A DNA stretch of 64,000 bases from Eledone cirrhosa (Eukaryota), in the NCBI GenBank assembly GCA_964016885.1, contig OZ024740.1, forward strand, positions 72,292,001-72,356,000. Direction: 5' to 3'. Under the pieces are notes generated by a model that was not told the origin of the DNA, searched no databases, and saw only the letters and a list, made by a program, of their open reading frames with translations. Numbering within the stretch: the stretch's first letter is position 1; each line of letters opens with the position of its first letter. The position numbers were made by a program, and so were the translations under genes. Positions 39,031 through 51,529 of the stretch are shown here, piece after piece.

Positions 39031-42000
39031 TCTCGTGGACGAGAATGCGAGCACTCCTCTTTGTTTCGACCGCGGACGGCTAACATAACCCCATCTCCCC
39101 CCGCCCCCCACCGTCCCCACCCTCCAAACGCAATCCAAAACTTCAGAGTTGGTACCATAAATGTAGGCACCCTAAAGGGTCGCGCTAACGAGGTTGTAGA
39201 AATGCTTGAACGTAAGGAGGTCGATGTTTGTTGTATTCAAGAGACCAGGTGGAGGGGTGGGTCTGCTAGGTTCATTGAGGGTAAAAAACGATATTATAAG
39301 CTTTTCTGGGTGGGAAACGACGATGGGCTGGGTGGAGTAGGAATCATGGTAGCAGAAAAGTGGGCAGATAAGATAATAGACGTAAATAGAGTGAACGACA
39401 GAATAATTAAAATACGACTTGTCCTCAATAGAACTACGGTGACAGTAATATCTGCGTACGCACCCCAATCCGGACTGCCCGGCACTATAAAAGACAGATT
39501 CTATGAGACACTGATGCTCACTACCTCCCAAATAACCGACAGTGACTATATAATTATTGCAGGCGACCTAAATGGTGACGTTGGACAACATTGTGACGGC
39601 TACGACGAAATCCATGGAGGCTATGGGTTTGGTACTAGAAATGAGGAAGGCTCCAGAATCCTGGAATTCTGTGACGCAAATAACCTAACTATCTGTAACA
39701 CTAACTTCAAAAAACGTGACAATCACCTGATCACCTATAGATCCGGGGAACACACAAGCCAGGTAGATTATATCCTTACCAGAAGACGTGACAGAGTGTC
39801 TGTTGTAAACACTAAATCCCTCCCCCATGAAGAATGCACCTCCCAACATAGACTGATAATTAGCGACCTCATAGTCAGGACGAGACGTACTCGACAGCAG
39901 AAGAGGACTATCCTCAGGAGAAAAATATGGAAGCTAAAGGACCCCACAGCCAGAAATAAATTTCAAAGCATATTACTTGATGCTTTCGACAGTAAGGAAG
40001 AGCATTTAGAGTCGGACAATATAGAGGGACAGTGGGAATTTCTGAAAGCAAACCTGCTGATGGCGACAGACGAAGTCTGTGGCTGGAGCAGGCCTGTAGG
40101 CAGGAGGAGAGTAACATGGTGGTGGAACAGTAAGGTGGAGGGGTCAATTAAGGCCAAAAAGCAGGCTTGGAAAGTATGGCGGGATGGGGGAAGTAGAGAA
40201 GACTATCAAGTGGCCAGGAGGGAAGCTAGGAGACAAGTGTACTTCGCAAGAAGGGAAGCAGAGGAAAGAAAGTTCAAGCATGTTCTACAACGCGAGGACC
40301 AAAAACGTGAGGTGTTCAGGATTGCTAGGCAATGCGTCAAGGAAAACCGTGATATTGTCGGGGAGAAGTGTGTACTTAATGATGACGGCGTACTTGCCAT
40401 CACCGACGCTGATATGAAGGTAGCTTGGAAGTGTCACTATGAAAGGCTACTAAATGAGGAGAATAAATGGGAGAAAGACAGTCTCCCCCACATCGACACA
40501 ATAGAGGGACCAGCAGTGTTAGTCGAGGGGAGTATAATAAGTAAGGCAATCAAGGATATGAAGACGGGTAAGGCGGCTGGGCCTTCGGAAATAGTTGCTG
40601 AGATGCTGAAGGCATCTGGCACGGTGGGACACACCATGGTCACCCGCATAGTTAACCAAGTCGTACAGAATGGGGTTGTTCCGAAGGACTGGCATAGCAG
40701 CATCATCGTTAACTGTTATAAGGGTAAAGGAGATGCCCTAGATAGGAGTAACTATGGAGGCATTAAATTAATCGACCAAGTCATGAAGGTCACGGAAAAA
40801 GTAATAGCGCAACTAATCAGAGAGAGAATTGACCTAGATGAAATGCAGTTCGGGTTTGTGTCAGGCAAAAGTACCACAGACGCTCTTTTCATTGTACGAC
40901 AACTACAGGAGAAGTACCTAGCTAAAGGTAAACCCCTCTACTTAGCTTTTGTCGACTTGGAGAAAGCCTTCGACAGAGTCCCCCGCTCCATTATCTGGTG
41001 GGCTCTTAGAAAACTAGGTGTTAACGAATGGCTTGTGAGAGCTATACAAGCCATGTATAAAGAAACAGTCAGCAAGGTTAGAATTAACAACGAATATAGT
41101 GAAGAGTTTAGCGTAAAAGTTGGCGTCCATCAGGGCTCTGTTCTCAGCCCCCTACTATTTATTATTGCCCTTCAGGCTATAACAGAGGAGTTCAAGACCG
41201 GCTGCCCATGGGAACTCCTATACGCAGACGACCTGACACTCATAGCTGATAATGGCCGAGCTAGAGAAGAAATTCCAAACATGGAAGCACGGCCTAGAAT
41301 CAAAAGGCCTTAAAGTTAACCTGGCTAAGACTAAAGTTCTAGTTTGTAGGAAAGAAAATAAGGCGGCGGTCCCTTCTGGGAAATGGTCATGCTCAGTGTG
41401 TAGGAAAGGCGTAGGTAGAAACTCCATTTTATGTCCTAAATGCAAAGTATGGGTGCATAAAAGATGTAGTGGGATCACAGGTAAGCTAACTAAGAACATA
41501 GATTTTACATGTGGCCGGTGCTCTGGTGCAATAAGTAGTAGCAAGTGCCCACAAAATACTAGCTCTTTCAATTGCGCAGAGGGTTCTATAGAAATAGTGG
41601 ACAGCTTCCGTTACCTGGGCGATAAAATCAGCAGTGGGGGAGGGTGCTCTGAAAGTACAGTAGCTAGAGTCAGAACTGGTTGGAAAAAGTTCAGAGAGCT
41701 TATACCACTATTAGCTGCTAAAGGGTTCTCCCTTAAAATGAAAGGCAGGTTGTATGATGCCTGCATACGAACAGCAATGTTGCATGGCAGTGAGACCTGG
41801 GCATTGTGTGCAGAGGATATACGCAGACTAGAGAGGAACGAAGCTTGCATGCTCCGCTGGATGTGTAACAGTAATATACGTGAACGGCAAAGCATAAACG
41901 AGCTAAGGAAAAAATTAGAAATAAGAGGGATCAGATGTTGTTTACTCGAGAGAAGGCTACGTTGGTATGGACACGTGATGCGCATGAAAGTCGATATCTG

Positions 42001-42570
42001 TATAACAAAGTGCAGGGCAATAAAGATAGACGGTAGCCACGGAATAGGCAGACCTAGAAAAACCTGGGACGAGCTGATAAACTCCGACCTCACACACTTA
42101 CACCTCTCCAAGACAATGTCACTGGACCGAGACCTTTGGCGGTACTCAATAACAGAGAAGACCCGCCTTACCTAAATACATAGTAAAACCTACTACAGCC
42201 AGTAGGCATCTCTAACAAAATACCCCCCACCCCCACCACCCCCACCCCATCCACACCACCCCGTTCTATGTAAAGTTATGTTGGTGCCACACCATCCAGG
42301 CCGAAACAAATGAGATCGTGTAGGTGTCACGACAAAAAAACACACAGTCCACGCTGTAATGTGGCTGTGTAGGCAACACGGTAAAAACCTCCCAGTCCCA
42401 CACTGTAAATGTGGTTGGTGTTAGGAAGGGCATCCAACTGTAGAAAACCTGCCAGACAATCCTATGCGAGCAAGACAATCACTCTTGCCTCAAGTGGGAC
42501 TACCCCCGTCCAAACCCATGCAAGCGTGGAACACGGACGTTAAACGTTGATGATGATGATGATGATGATG
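39031..42570 (+). mobile_element. Near full-length RTE LINE (APE + RT + PHD-like finger), one frameshift near 41250
   Basis: ORFs 39061-41313 and 41252-42175: GTINVGTL, IQET, SAYAPQ, GDLNG, QVDYIL, DLEKAFDRVP, HQGSVLSP, YADD, Cys-rich insert, RWYGHV, GRPRKTW; (GAT)n tail. Confidence 0.95.
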
Positions 42571-42667
42571 GCTTGTACAGCTCTCACGAGCCATTCATCA
42601 ACACCTAGTTTTCTAAGAGCCCACCAGATAATGGAACGGGGGACTCTGTCAAAAGCTTTCTCCAAGT

Positions 42668-42700
42668 CCTAACCCTAACCCTAACCCTAACCCTAACCCT
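42668..42700 (-). repeat. Interstitial telomeric repeat (TTAGGG)5
   Basis: cctaaccctaaccctaaccctaaccctaaccct. Confidence 0.9.
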
Positions 42701-42933
42701 TTTAATATTAAACATTCTGGGACTGCATCTGGTTTTCTGATATAAGACTCGGCGGGATTTGAACTCAGATCATAAAGGGACGTAACTCTATGCTTCAAAG
42801 CATGGTGTCCGACTCTCTACCGATACTGCCAATCCACCGCAATAATAACATTCAATTCGTTTGCAATTATGCAAACAAGCCCATGTCAGTAGAATGAACA
42901 CTTCATTTTTGCTCTTGTGTTGGCATGCAAACA

Positions 42934-42983
42934 GAACTGCAGACACTAATGTTTCTGGGTATCACCCTTCATCAGTACAGCTC
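42934..42983 (-). ncRNA. Type I hammerhead ribozyme
   Basis: Minus strand gagctgta-CTGATGA-a gggt gat accc a-GAAA-ca ttag tg-TC-tgcagttc. 8-bp stem I; GUC triplet. Confidence 0.8.
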
Positions 42984-43377
42984 ACTGTTCACCTGCCAAA
43001 CTGTTAGAGTTAGTGAAAATATATGCTATTTTTTAAAATACAGTGACTGATTGGCCTGATTTGCATATTAGCAAACTGGCTGATCAGTCAGATCTGGATA
43101 TTAGCAGATCCACAGATTCACTGATCAGCTAGATTTGCATATCAGCAGACTGGCCAGTACGTTTCCTGTATACGACCGATAAATGGCCGGCTTTGCCAAA
43201 TTCAAATAAAAAAGAAAATTTTGCTCTACATGGCTGAATACAATAAATGTAATCTGAGTTTTTCGAATATTAATAATAACATTCGATTCGTTTGCAATTA
43301 TGCAAACAAGCCTCAATTTTATAGCCATGTCAGTAGAATGAACACTTCATTCTTGCTCTTGTGTTGGCATGTAAACA

Positions 43378-43427
43378 GAACTACAGACACTAATGTTTCT
43401 GGGTATCACCCTTCATCAGTACAGCTC
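43378..43427 (-). ncRNA. Type I hammerhead ribozyme, tandem copy 444 bp from the previous one
   Basis: Same sequence as 42934-42983 with one stem I change. Confidence 0.8.
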
Positions 43428-43449
43428 ACTGTTCACCTGCCAAACTGTA

Positions 43450-44370
43450 CGCTGGACCTATTTCTGAACTATACGGTCGTTATATCGACGACTATATTGG
43501 CGCCACCTCTCTATCACTTGAACAGCTCGATTGCTTTCTATCTTTTGTTCAATCTTTTCTTCCCACTATCACCTTCACCACCTCCATCTCCGATTCTTCT
43601 GTCGCTTTTCTTGATACCTCTCTCTCTATTGATCACACTCACCACTACCTCTCTACTACCATCTTTTATAAACCTACTGGCTCCCACTCTTACCTCGACT
43701 TCACCTCCTCCCATCCAACCCACACCAAACACTCCATATCCTATTCCCAATTCCTCTGCCCTCATCAGCTCTGTAGCCAGGACCATGATTTCAAAACCCA
43801 TTCTCTTCACATAGCCTCTTGCTTCTTCCAGCGTGGATATCCCCCCACCCAATCGAAGCTACTCTCACCTGCACCCGTGAAACCAATCATACCACAGCCC
43901 TCTCACCTCACCAGTGCCCTTCCAACACCTGACTTCCTTTCCCTCTCACCTACCATCCCATCACCCTACCTCTCCAGCAACATATTCTCTGTCACTTCTC
44001 ACTTTTTTCCTAATCCACCTATCACCACATTTAAGCGTGCCCGTAACCTCCGTCACCTCTTGGTATGCAGTTCCTACTCGTCCTCTCCGACGACTCCACC
44101 CAACTCTCATCCTTGTTCTCATCCCAGCTATAACACTTGGTCTTTCATTTCTAACCTCATCACTCTCACAGGCCCCAATGGTTCATTCTGTATTCTCCAC
44201 TCCTTCACCTGCACATCCATCCACATTGTCTATTCCCTCCGGTGTTCCCTTTGTGGGTCCTTATACATTGGACAAACGGGACGCCATTTGGCAGACCGTT
44301 TTGCTGAACATTTGAGGGACATACGACTCAGTATGGATACTCCCGTTGCCTGTCATTTCCGTTCCCTGGA
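43450..44370 (+). mobile_element. Decayed Penelope-like element (Neptune-like), RT to GIY-YIG
   Basis: RYIDDYIG, FLD, YKPT, PYSQFL remnants; FTCTSIHIVYSLRCSLCGSLYIGQTGRHLADRFAEH...PVACHF. Confidence 0.8.
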
Positions 44371-44970
44371 TACACACTCTGTACACACACTCTGTATACA
44401 CACACACACACACATAACCTCGTAGCTTCGTACGGACGTAAAATAACACACACACACGCATATGCACGTGCATATATATATATGATATATGTATGTATGA
44501 TATACATAATACAAATTTGCAGTCGTGAGAATATTGGATAGAATCTCCTCCTAACACCTGTATTTGACATGTCAAATTGTGAGCTGATTGTAATAGCGTA
44601 ATATTCATACTAAGCCCATGTTTACTAGTTAATACAAAGTAATATTGATAATATTTTTGGCTAGGCACAAAGCCAATCTTAGTAAGTGATGTGTTATACC
44701 AACTCTCAATCGATTGAAGTATATTACTGGCACTGACAGATAAAAGGTGTGGTAGGGTGGAGAGATGACTGGGCTGTAACCGGGGCCACTATAATATTTC
44801 AATCTTAACATCCTGTAATGATTTAGCAGAAAATATATAAAAACAGGGTTTGTTAATTCAAATGTTTATTATATCCTCACTAGTGGATAGATAATTGTAA
44901 AAATTTGCAGTATTGGAGTAAAGATTTTATTTTTTAACCCATAACATCCTGTAATGATTTTACATCACAT

Positions 44971-45041
44971 GATATGTCGGTGTAATGGTAGCACAGTGGT
45001 TTGGATAACCAAAGATGTGGGTTTGACTCCCATATACACCA
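44971..45041 (+). pseudogene. Decayed tRNA-like sequence (pseudogene or SINE head)
   Basis: D-arm gtgtaatggtagcac, stem tggt/acca, T-arm gtggg-tttgact-cccat; acceptor stem mismatched. Confidence 0.5.
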
Positions 45042-45158
45042 ATACTCATCTTTTGCCATTTTCTTAGAGGGTTTTAAACCCCACTATCAGGCTAAAATTT
45101 CTTAATCAAAAATACAGCAAAATCTTCTATTTCTCTTTTCAAACTCGCTCACTGTTTC

Positions 45159-45300
<142 letters not shown>

Positions 45301-45344
45301 TGTGTGTATGTATAGATATATATTTATATGTATGTGTAGGCAGG

Positions 45345-45695
45345 GAGAGTTCTTATATGCTGATGACCTAGTCCTCAGCTGAATCTGTAGGAGAGTGAGA
45401 GGCAAATTTCAAGCATGGAAGAAAAACCCAGGGTAGAAAAGCCTAAAAATAAACTTAGTAAAAGACAAAAGAGTTAATAAGTAGGAAAGAGGACAGGAGG
45501 GTGATATCATTAGGGAAATGGTTTTGTTTGATATATTAGAAAGGGGTGGTTCACACAAGAGATGTAGTAGGAATGCAGGCAGATTAATGGGAACAGTAAC
45601 ACCTTGTATGTGGCAGATGCAGGCTCCTTAGAAGTTGTCGACAGTTTTTGTTAATTAGCAGTGGGAGAGGATGCACTGGAAGTGTGATAGTCAGG
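45345..45695 (+). mobile_element. Decayed RTE fragment
   Basis: LYADDLV remnant and homology to 41210-41670. Confidence 0.6.
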
Positions 45696-45711
45696 ATCAT
45701 ATATATATATA

Positions 45712-46010
45712 TGCACAGGGAGATGGAAATACTTGGTTTGGTACCCAAGCATGCAGTTAGCCCACTGGGAGTGAGAGACCGCCGGTCATCGTTAGAACAT
45801 TGTTCTAGGAGGAGGAAGTCTGATGTAACACCAGTGACTTGATAACAGTCAATAATGTTGACCTGTTCTTCTTTTTGGATACCTGTCATCGTTGTTCAAA
45901 GGGTGGGATTGATCCAGTGCAAGGCATTTTTCAATTTAAAAAGCTTAAAGTACAGGCATCACTTGATCTAAACATCTTTCACATGTGTTGCATGAGTATG
46001 GCTAGCCATA
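45712..46010 (+). mobile_element. Diverged copy of the TACA-associated RTE-derived family, opposite orientation
   Basis: Reverse-complement similarity to 4920-5190 (ccactgggagtga, ttctaggaggagg, gtgggattg). Confidence 0.45.
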
Positions 46011-46264
46011 GCTGAAAAAGGTTGTTTTTTTTCTTTTGCTACAGCATATGTAGAAAGGAATGTAAGTCCATGGCAGGGCAAAAAAGATATGTTCATGCCA
46101 CCTATGAGTGAGAAAAGAATCAAGTGATGGCAATTCTTGAAACTGAGATGCAGCCATCATTCATATATAGATATATATATGTATGTATGTGTGTGTATGC
46201 AGAACTGGCGCCTGGACATTTAGTGCTACAATGTGTGCTACCTTTTCATGTATATATCCAGATG

Positions 46265-46780
46265 CTAAACTCCGCCAGTTGTAGACTGCGCATCAACATG
46301 AGATATTTTTCTCCACAAAGTTCGATCACCAACAGCAGAGTTTAAAGAGCAAAGGTTAAGTCCAGTCCATAAGATGACATTGTCAAGCAATCGTTTTGGC
46401 TGCCGACCTCTGCTTCTCTTACCAGCCAATTTTCCTTCTAGGCATAACTTACTCACACCATGAGTTGATCTTTTGATATGACCATACAGTTTAAGCACTC
46501 TTGACTTGACAACTGATGTGATTGGTCTAAGCCTGGTAATGTTGAGCAGCTCACTGATACAGATATGGTCGCTGAGCTGCTTGCTAGTCATAAGTCTTAT
46601 GATGTAGTTCTGGAATGTATAGAGCTTCTGAAGTGACCATGTTGTCCAATTAACACAGCCAAGACCATATAACACAACTGGTAGGATGTAAGTATCAAAG
46701 ATCTTAGCCTTCAAATGATAGGAATCTCATTTTGATGTTAATACTTCCTTGTTCCTGTTGAAAGCTGCCCAACCTGACCA
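46265..46780 (-). mobile_element. RTE-group LINE 3' fragment (different family)
   Basis: AAFNRNK...KAKIFDTYILPVVLYG...LKLYGHIKR...LEGK..GKRSRGRQPKR. Confidence 0.75.
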
Positions 46781-48345
46781 TTCCATTATTGTTTGATGAT
46801 AGTTTGTGACCGAGATATACAAACTCCGTAACTTGAGCAATCTGCTGGTTGTAGATTGTGAGTTGGAAATTTCATATGTATGCACCCTAATCCCAGATCT
46901 GCCAACCTCTAAAAACCGAAACAGGGAGTACCATGAAAAAAAGTGCCCCAAAACGGGGTGAAATGAGGCAAAATGGGGAGATTTTACATAATTGTTTCTA
47001 CTTTTGGCACAAGGCCAGCAATTTACCAGTACATTACTGGTACTTTATTTTATCGACCCCGTAAGGATGAAAGGCAAAGTTGACTTCGGCGGGATTTTTA
47101 CATAATGAAAGCTATACCCATTTTCACAAGAGAAGACATCTCTCACCCACCCCAAAGTGGGTGGGAGATTTAAGCTGTCAACCTAGTTTTTTTACACTTT
47201 TTTCTCTGACCACACACAAAATTACTAAGCCTGTATTTTCTTCTATACAGTCCACACTCACCCACACCAAATCGTTTACAGGTCATAACATCATTCCACC
47301 CACTCCAACGTTTTAGATATTTCCACACCACTGCTACTCAGTAAAAATGTTTAGTGATTTATTTATTGCTCGCAGATAATAATTTAATTTATATTTAATT
47401 ATATAAATTTGTATAAAACTACAATCTTTTATGGTTCAGTAATGCGCCCTAGGTGGCTGCCTAGTTGGCCTTAATTGTAGCGCCGGCACTGTATCTATCT
47501 TATATATATAATCATATATTATACACAAAAACATTTTGTGTAATTTTATTCTCCCGGTTTCGCATGCTAAAGGGTAGATAACTCTGTTTATTTTTTTTTA
47601 CTCTTATTTTTCCTCTGCTTAGTTTGCAGTATCAAAACAGTTCTTCACTTGAGAGACTTCTGTAGTGTAACAAACAGGACACAACACATCGCAAACAACC
47701 AGAACTCATGTATATTTTTACTCTGGTTAGTTTCCACCTTCAAAACTACTTAACATTTGGAAAGTCTTCTGCACAGTGGTTGACAATAGTAAAATAACAG
47801 ACGGAACAGTTAAACATACCGCAAACAAACAGAACTCATGTATACGAAGCACATATTTGTACAGAATAGCACTACTGAGACGCTTTCCTGGGTTGAACAA
47901 AGTGTATGTGATGGTAAATACATTCGTGTATGTGATGGTAAACCGCTGTTTCTACCCTATATATATTCCGGCTTTGTTGTTTACAGACACGTGACAATCT
48001 AGAGTTTAGCTTTTATTTTATTTTTTTTTTATTAAGCCTCAAAACATCTCTAACTGTCAAGATACATGGATATTTAATCATATTACCGCTCCTGCTTGCT
48101 ATAATGATCGATCTAAATTGTTGGACTTAGTATAATGAACTTATTCTCTATTGTTGTTTTTTATTAGAAACAGTAATTGTCTTTTATTTCAAAACTTGCG
48201 CAAAAGAAAAATACATGACATCATATACAATTTCACTAAAAAAAAGGCAAAGAAAAAACATCTCTTTTCTGACGCCCTTCTAACCTTGCATTAGGTATTT
48301 TGCATACATTTTACTTATAATTTTGTAAACCATTTAATTAAAAAA

Positions 48346-48878
48346 ATGTCTGAGAAAGAAGACATTAAGAAAAAAATACGTGCTTTGCTAATATCATCTC
48401 AAAGTGGTGTACCGTTGTTTAATTTTCTAAAGGATTACTATGATATCATCGGTGAACCTCTCAAGTTTCGTGATCTTGGATATTTTGACTTGGAAGATTT
48501 TCTTATGGACATGCCAGACGTGGTTAACGTAGTAAAAGGCCCTGATGGACACACAATTTTAAAACATGTCACAGACAACAGCACTAAACATATCGAAAAA
48601 TTAGTTGCACGGCAAAAGACAACTACCAGCAAAAAACCACGTGCTAGTAATACTAAGACAAATGGGTATTTTCATTCTGACAGTATTTCTCCTAGTCATT
48701 CCTCTTACATTAGAAAAAGTCAAATTAATTCTCCAATTTTCCCCCTTCGACTCCGTCCAAACAATCAATTTCGACTCCCCCCTTTACCAAATTTTATTAA
48801 AATTCAAATACAACAAACTTTAAGGAGTTTTTCCGAGCCAATTAGTATCTATGCTTTTGATGCTGCTTATACAACAAG
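48346..48878 (+). CDS. TDRD5: Tudor domain-containing protein 5-like (Tejas), first coding exon: extended LOTUS 1 and start of LOTUS 2
   Basis: IRALLISS..G...DY..IIGEPL.FR.LGY..LEDFLMDMPDVV...G..ILK....STKHIEKLVARQK resembles the vertebrate TDRD5 N-terminus from memory. Phase-2 donor AG|gtgagg. Confidence 0.85.
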
Positions 48879-51142
48879 GTGAGGCAAGAATTAATTCCTA
48901 TATTTTCACTTAAAGCTAATTATAAATTTAATGTTTTTATTATTTTAAAGTCATAGATATGAACGCAACATTTTTCACATTTGCTTGTAATAAATTTATA
49001 TTCAAGTAAACTATTGATGGTATGCGCCGGTAAAATAAGAAGAAAAAAAGATAAAAATAAACAGTTTAAAAAATTCCTAAAATTATCCACATTAATTATC
49101 ACATCTGTTCACACGAACTTAATGTATTTTAAGTTTATTTTTTGTCCATGCGGACCATTAGCAGCTTGCACGAAATTCCCCGCTCTCTGCTTATCATATA
49201 ATAATAATAATAATTGTCAAAACTACACTAAATGACATACGAATTGAAATAAGAAAAAACATAGGAAATTTATTTATTTAAAAGTAGAGTTTATTAAATG
49301 TTTATGTATTCAGTCGAAAGAATAGCAATTAGAAATATATATACGAAAGAAATAAAACGGTAATTTCTGTAAATTCATCTAAGCATCTATTCGCATTCAA
49401 CCACTCATTCATACATTTTATTAACTTATACTATCGGCACACACTTTTCTTCGTTAGGGAGTTGTTAATGTATATCTGGTTTTTTGGGGGGTTCTTTTCA
49501 GCTCCTTTCATATAAATTAAATATATAATTTAAATTAGTCTATTTGTGTGTGTATCTGTTGTTCACATCTTAATTTTCATATTTATTTTGTTTTTATTTT
49601 CCTTGCTTTCATATTCTATGAATTAAAACCAGTGTTAATTCTAATCCAATAATAATATACCTTGCACACCATGGAATTAGAACTTTAAGCTATTTAGTCT
49701 ACATGCTTAATTTTGAAGACCTGTCGTAAAATTAGTCAACTTTTATTTGTGTGCCTCTTATTCTGCGTATTTTTCAACAGTAGAAGTATTTAGTTGTAAA
49801 AGTTTTAATTTGTTTTTTAATAGATTATAAAATTAGACTTGTTTAATAGTTATAAAATTAGACTTGTTTGCTTTCAAGCTTTTCTTTTTCTTCTACGAAA
49901 TAACATCGATAGCATGCGTGGTATTGCATTAATTTGTGGTTACATTTAAGTCCCAAAAAAAAACCCTTGCTCTACTAGCACGATATTTGTTTTAGAAAGG
50001 CTACTAAAAAAAGAATAAGATTTAGATTTGCATTATTTATTCTGTAGCCTATGTTTAACAATTAGGTCAGATAAACATCTATCTGTATTATTTTATTCAA
50101 AACTTACATCTTCACGCACGCATTCAGTCTAAGCTGCTATCCTACTTCCTACTACCATCGTCTTTTATTTGTAGCAACTTCCTCACCGAGTAAAAGAAAC
50201 TATTTAGAGCAAAAAAAAATAGATTGTCCTGTAAGGTTGTCGGTTGAAGCTGCAGCGCCCCTGTGGGGTATGACTGAGTGCGCGGCTCTTTTCCTTCTTT
50301 CATCATTTTTCTTGTTTTATTTTCTTTAATAAAAACCATTTGCGTGTTAAATAGAATTTGAATAAGGATTTATAATTTTGGCACAAGGTCAGCAATTTAT
50401 GGAGGGTGAGGACAGTCGAATATATAGACTGATTTTTTTTTTATCGATTTCAGAGGGTTGAAGCAAAATTAACCTCGGTTGGATTTGAACACCGAACGAG
50501 GAGAGTTGTAACTAAATGCAGCAAAGCATTTTGTCCGACAATACCAATTCTGCTAATCGACATGAATAAATCCTTTTATCGTGATAGTTTTAAGTAGATA
50601 CGTGATACAAATATGTTTTTTACATCTTCATGTTTTTACTTTTGTTTTGCACTTGAAAGAAAGTGATGCGCTAAATATAGATAGTTCCGGAAAATCTGCC
50701 GCGAAAGTCATGGGTACTTCCTTCTAATTGAGACCACAATACTATACAATACACACACGCGCAGGCATGGGTGTCTATTGGTGAAGAATTTAGTTTTTCA
50801 GCCATGTGGTTTGTGGCTGCATTTCCACTGCACACCATCTTGAGTCAATCAATGCCTTAGTGAACTGGTCAGCGAAAACCGTAAAAGAAGTCAGTCGTGT
50901 GTGTGTTTAAAACAATCTTACTCACAGTTGTATAAATAACATAAATTACCCGCAATTAATGTCGTTGATAAACACAAATATAAACGCATAAAAGGAGGAG
51001 GGAGATGAAAACGACCGTAAATTCAACACCAAGTGCGACAATCGATATATATATATATATACACACTTTATTATGACCAAGAATATTTAAACTCTACTTC
51101 AATATTGAGTACTTATTCTCTTCTTTGTCAATATCACATGCT

Positions 51143-51199
<57 letters not shown>

Positions 51200-51529
51200 A
51201 TAATAATAAATTTGAAGACTAAAATCCAAAGAGGGCTCGATAAGGATAAATATATATCAAATATAAGGGTGAAAGCAGCGATTCTTTGCTTAAACTTTAA
51301 TCTGTTATTTTAATAAATATATATATATAATTGAAGTGAAATCCAACAGGTATGTGTGTGTGTGCTTTTATTAACAGCATGAGACTCCCAAAATATGTTT
51401 AAACACGCGATTTTAGATTTTAAAAAATCTTGCAAAACAAATACAAAAACGAAGTATGTGTGCTTTGCATTTCACCCTAGGGCGAACCCATTCAATCCGG
51501 AATGACCATGGCAAACTTTACCTCGCCGA

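Noticed and set aside
44971-45041. Functional tRNA gene
   Set aside because: Acceptor stem mismatched, T-loop TTT instead of TTC, anticodon ambiguous.
47640-47850. Short direct repeat (gcaaacaa.cagaactcatgtata) upstream of TDRD5 as a promoter element
   Set aside because: No evidence for TSS position or function.
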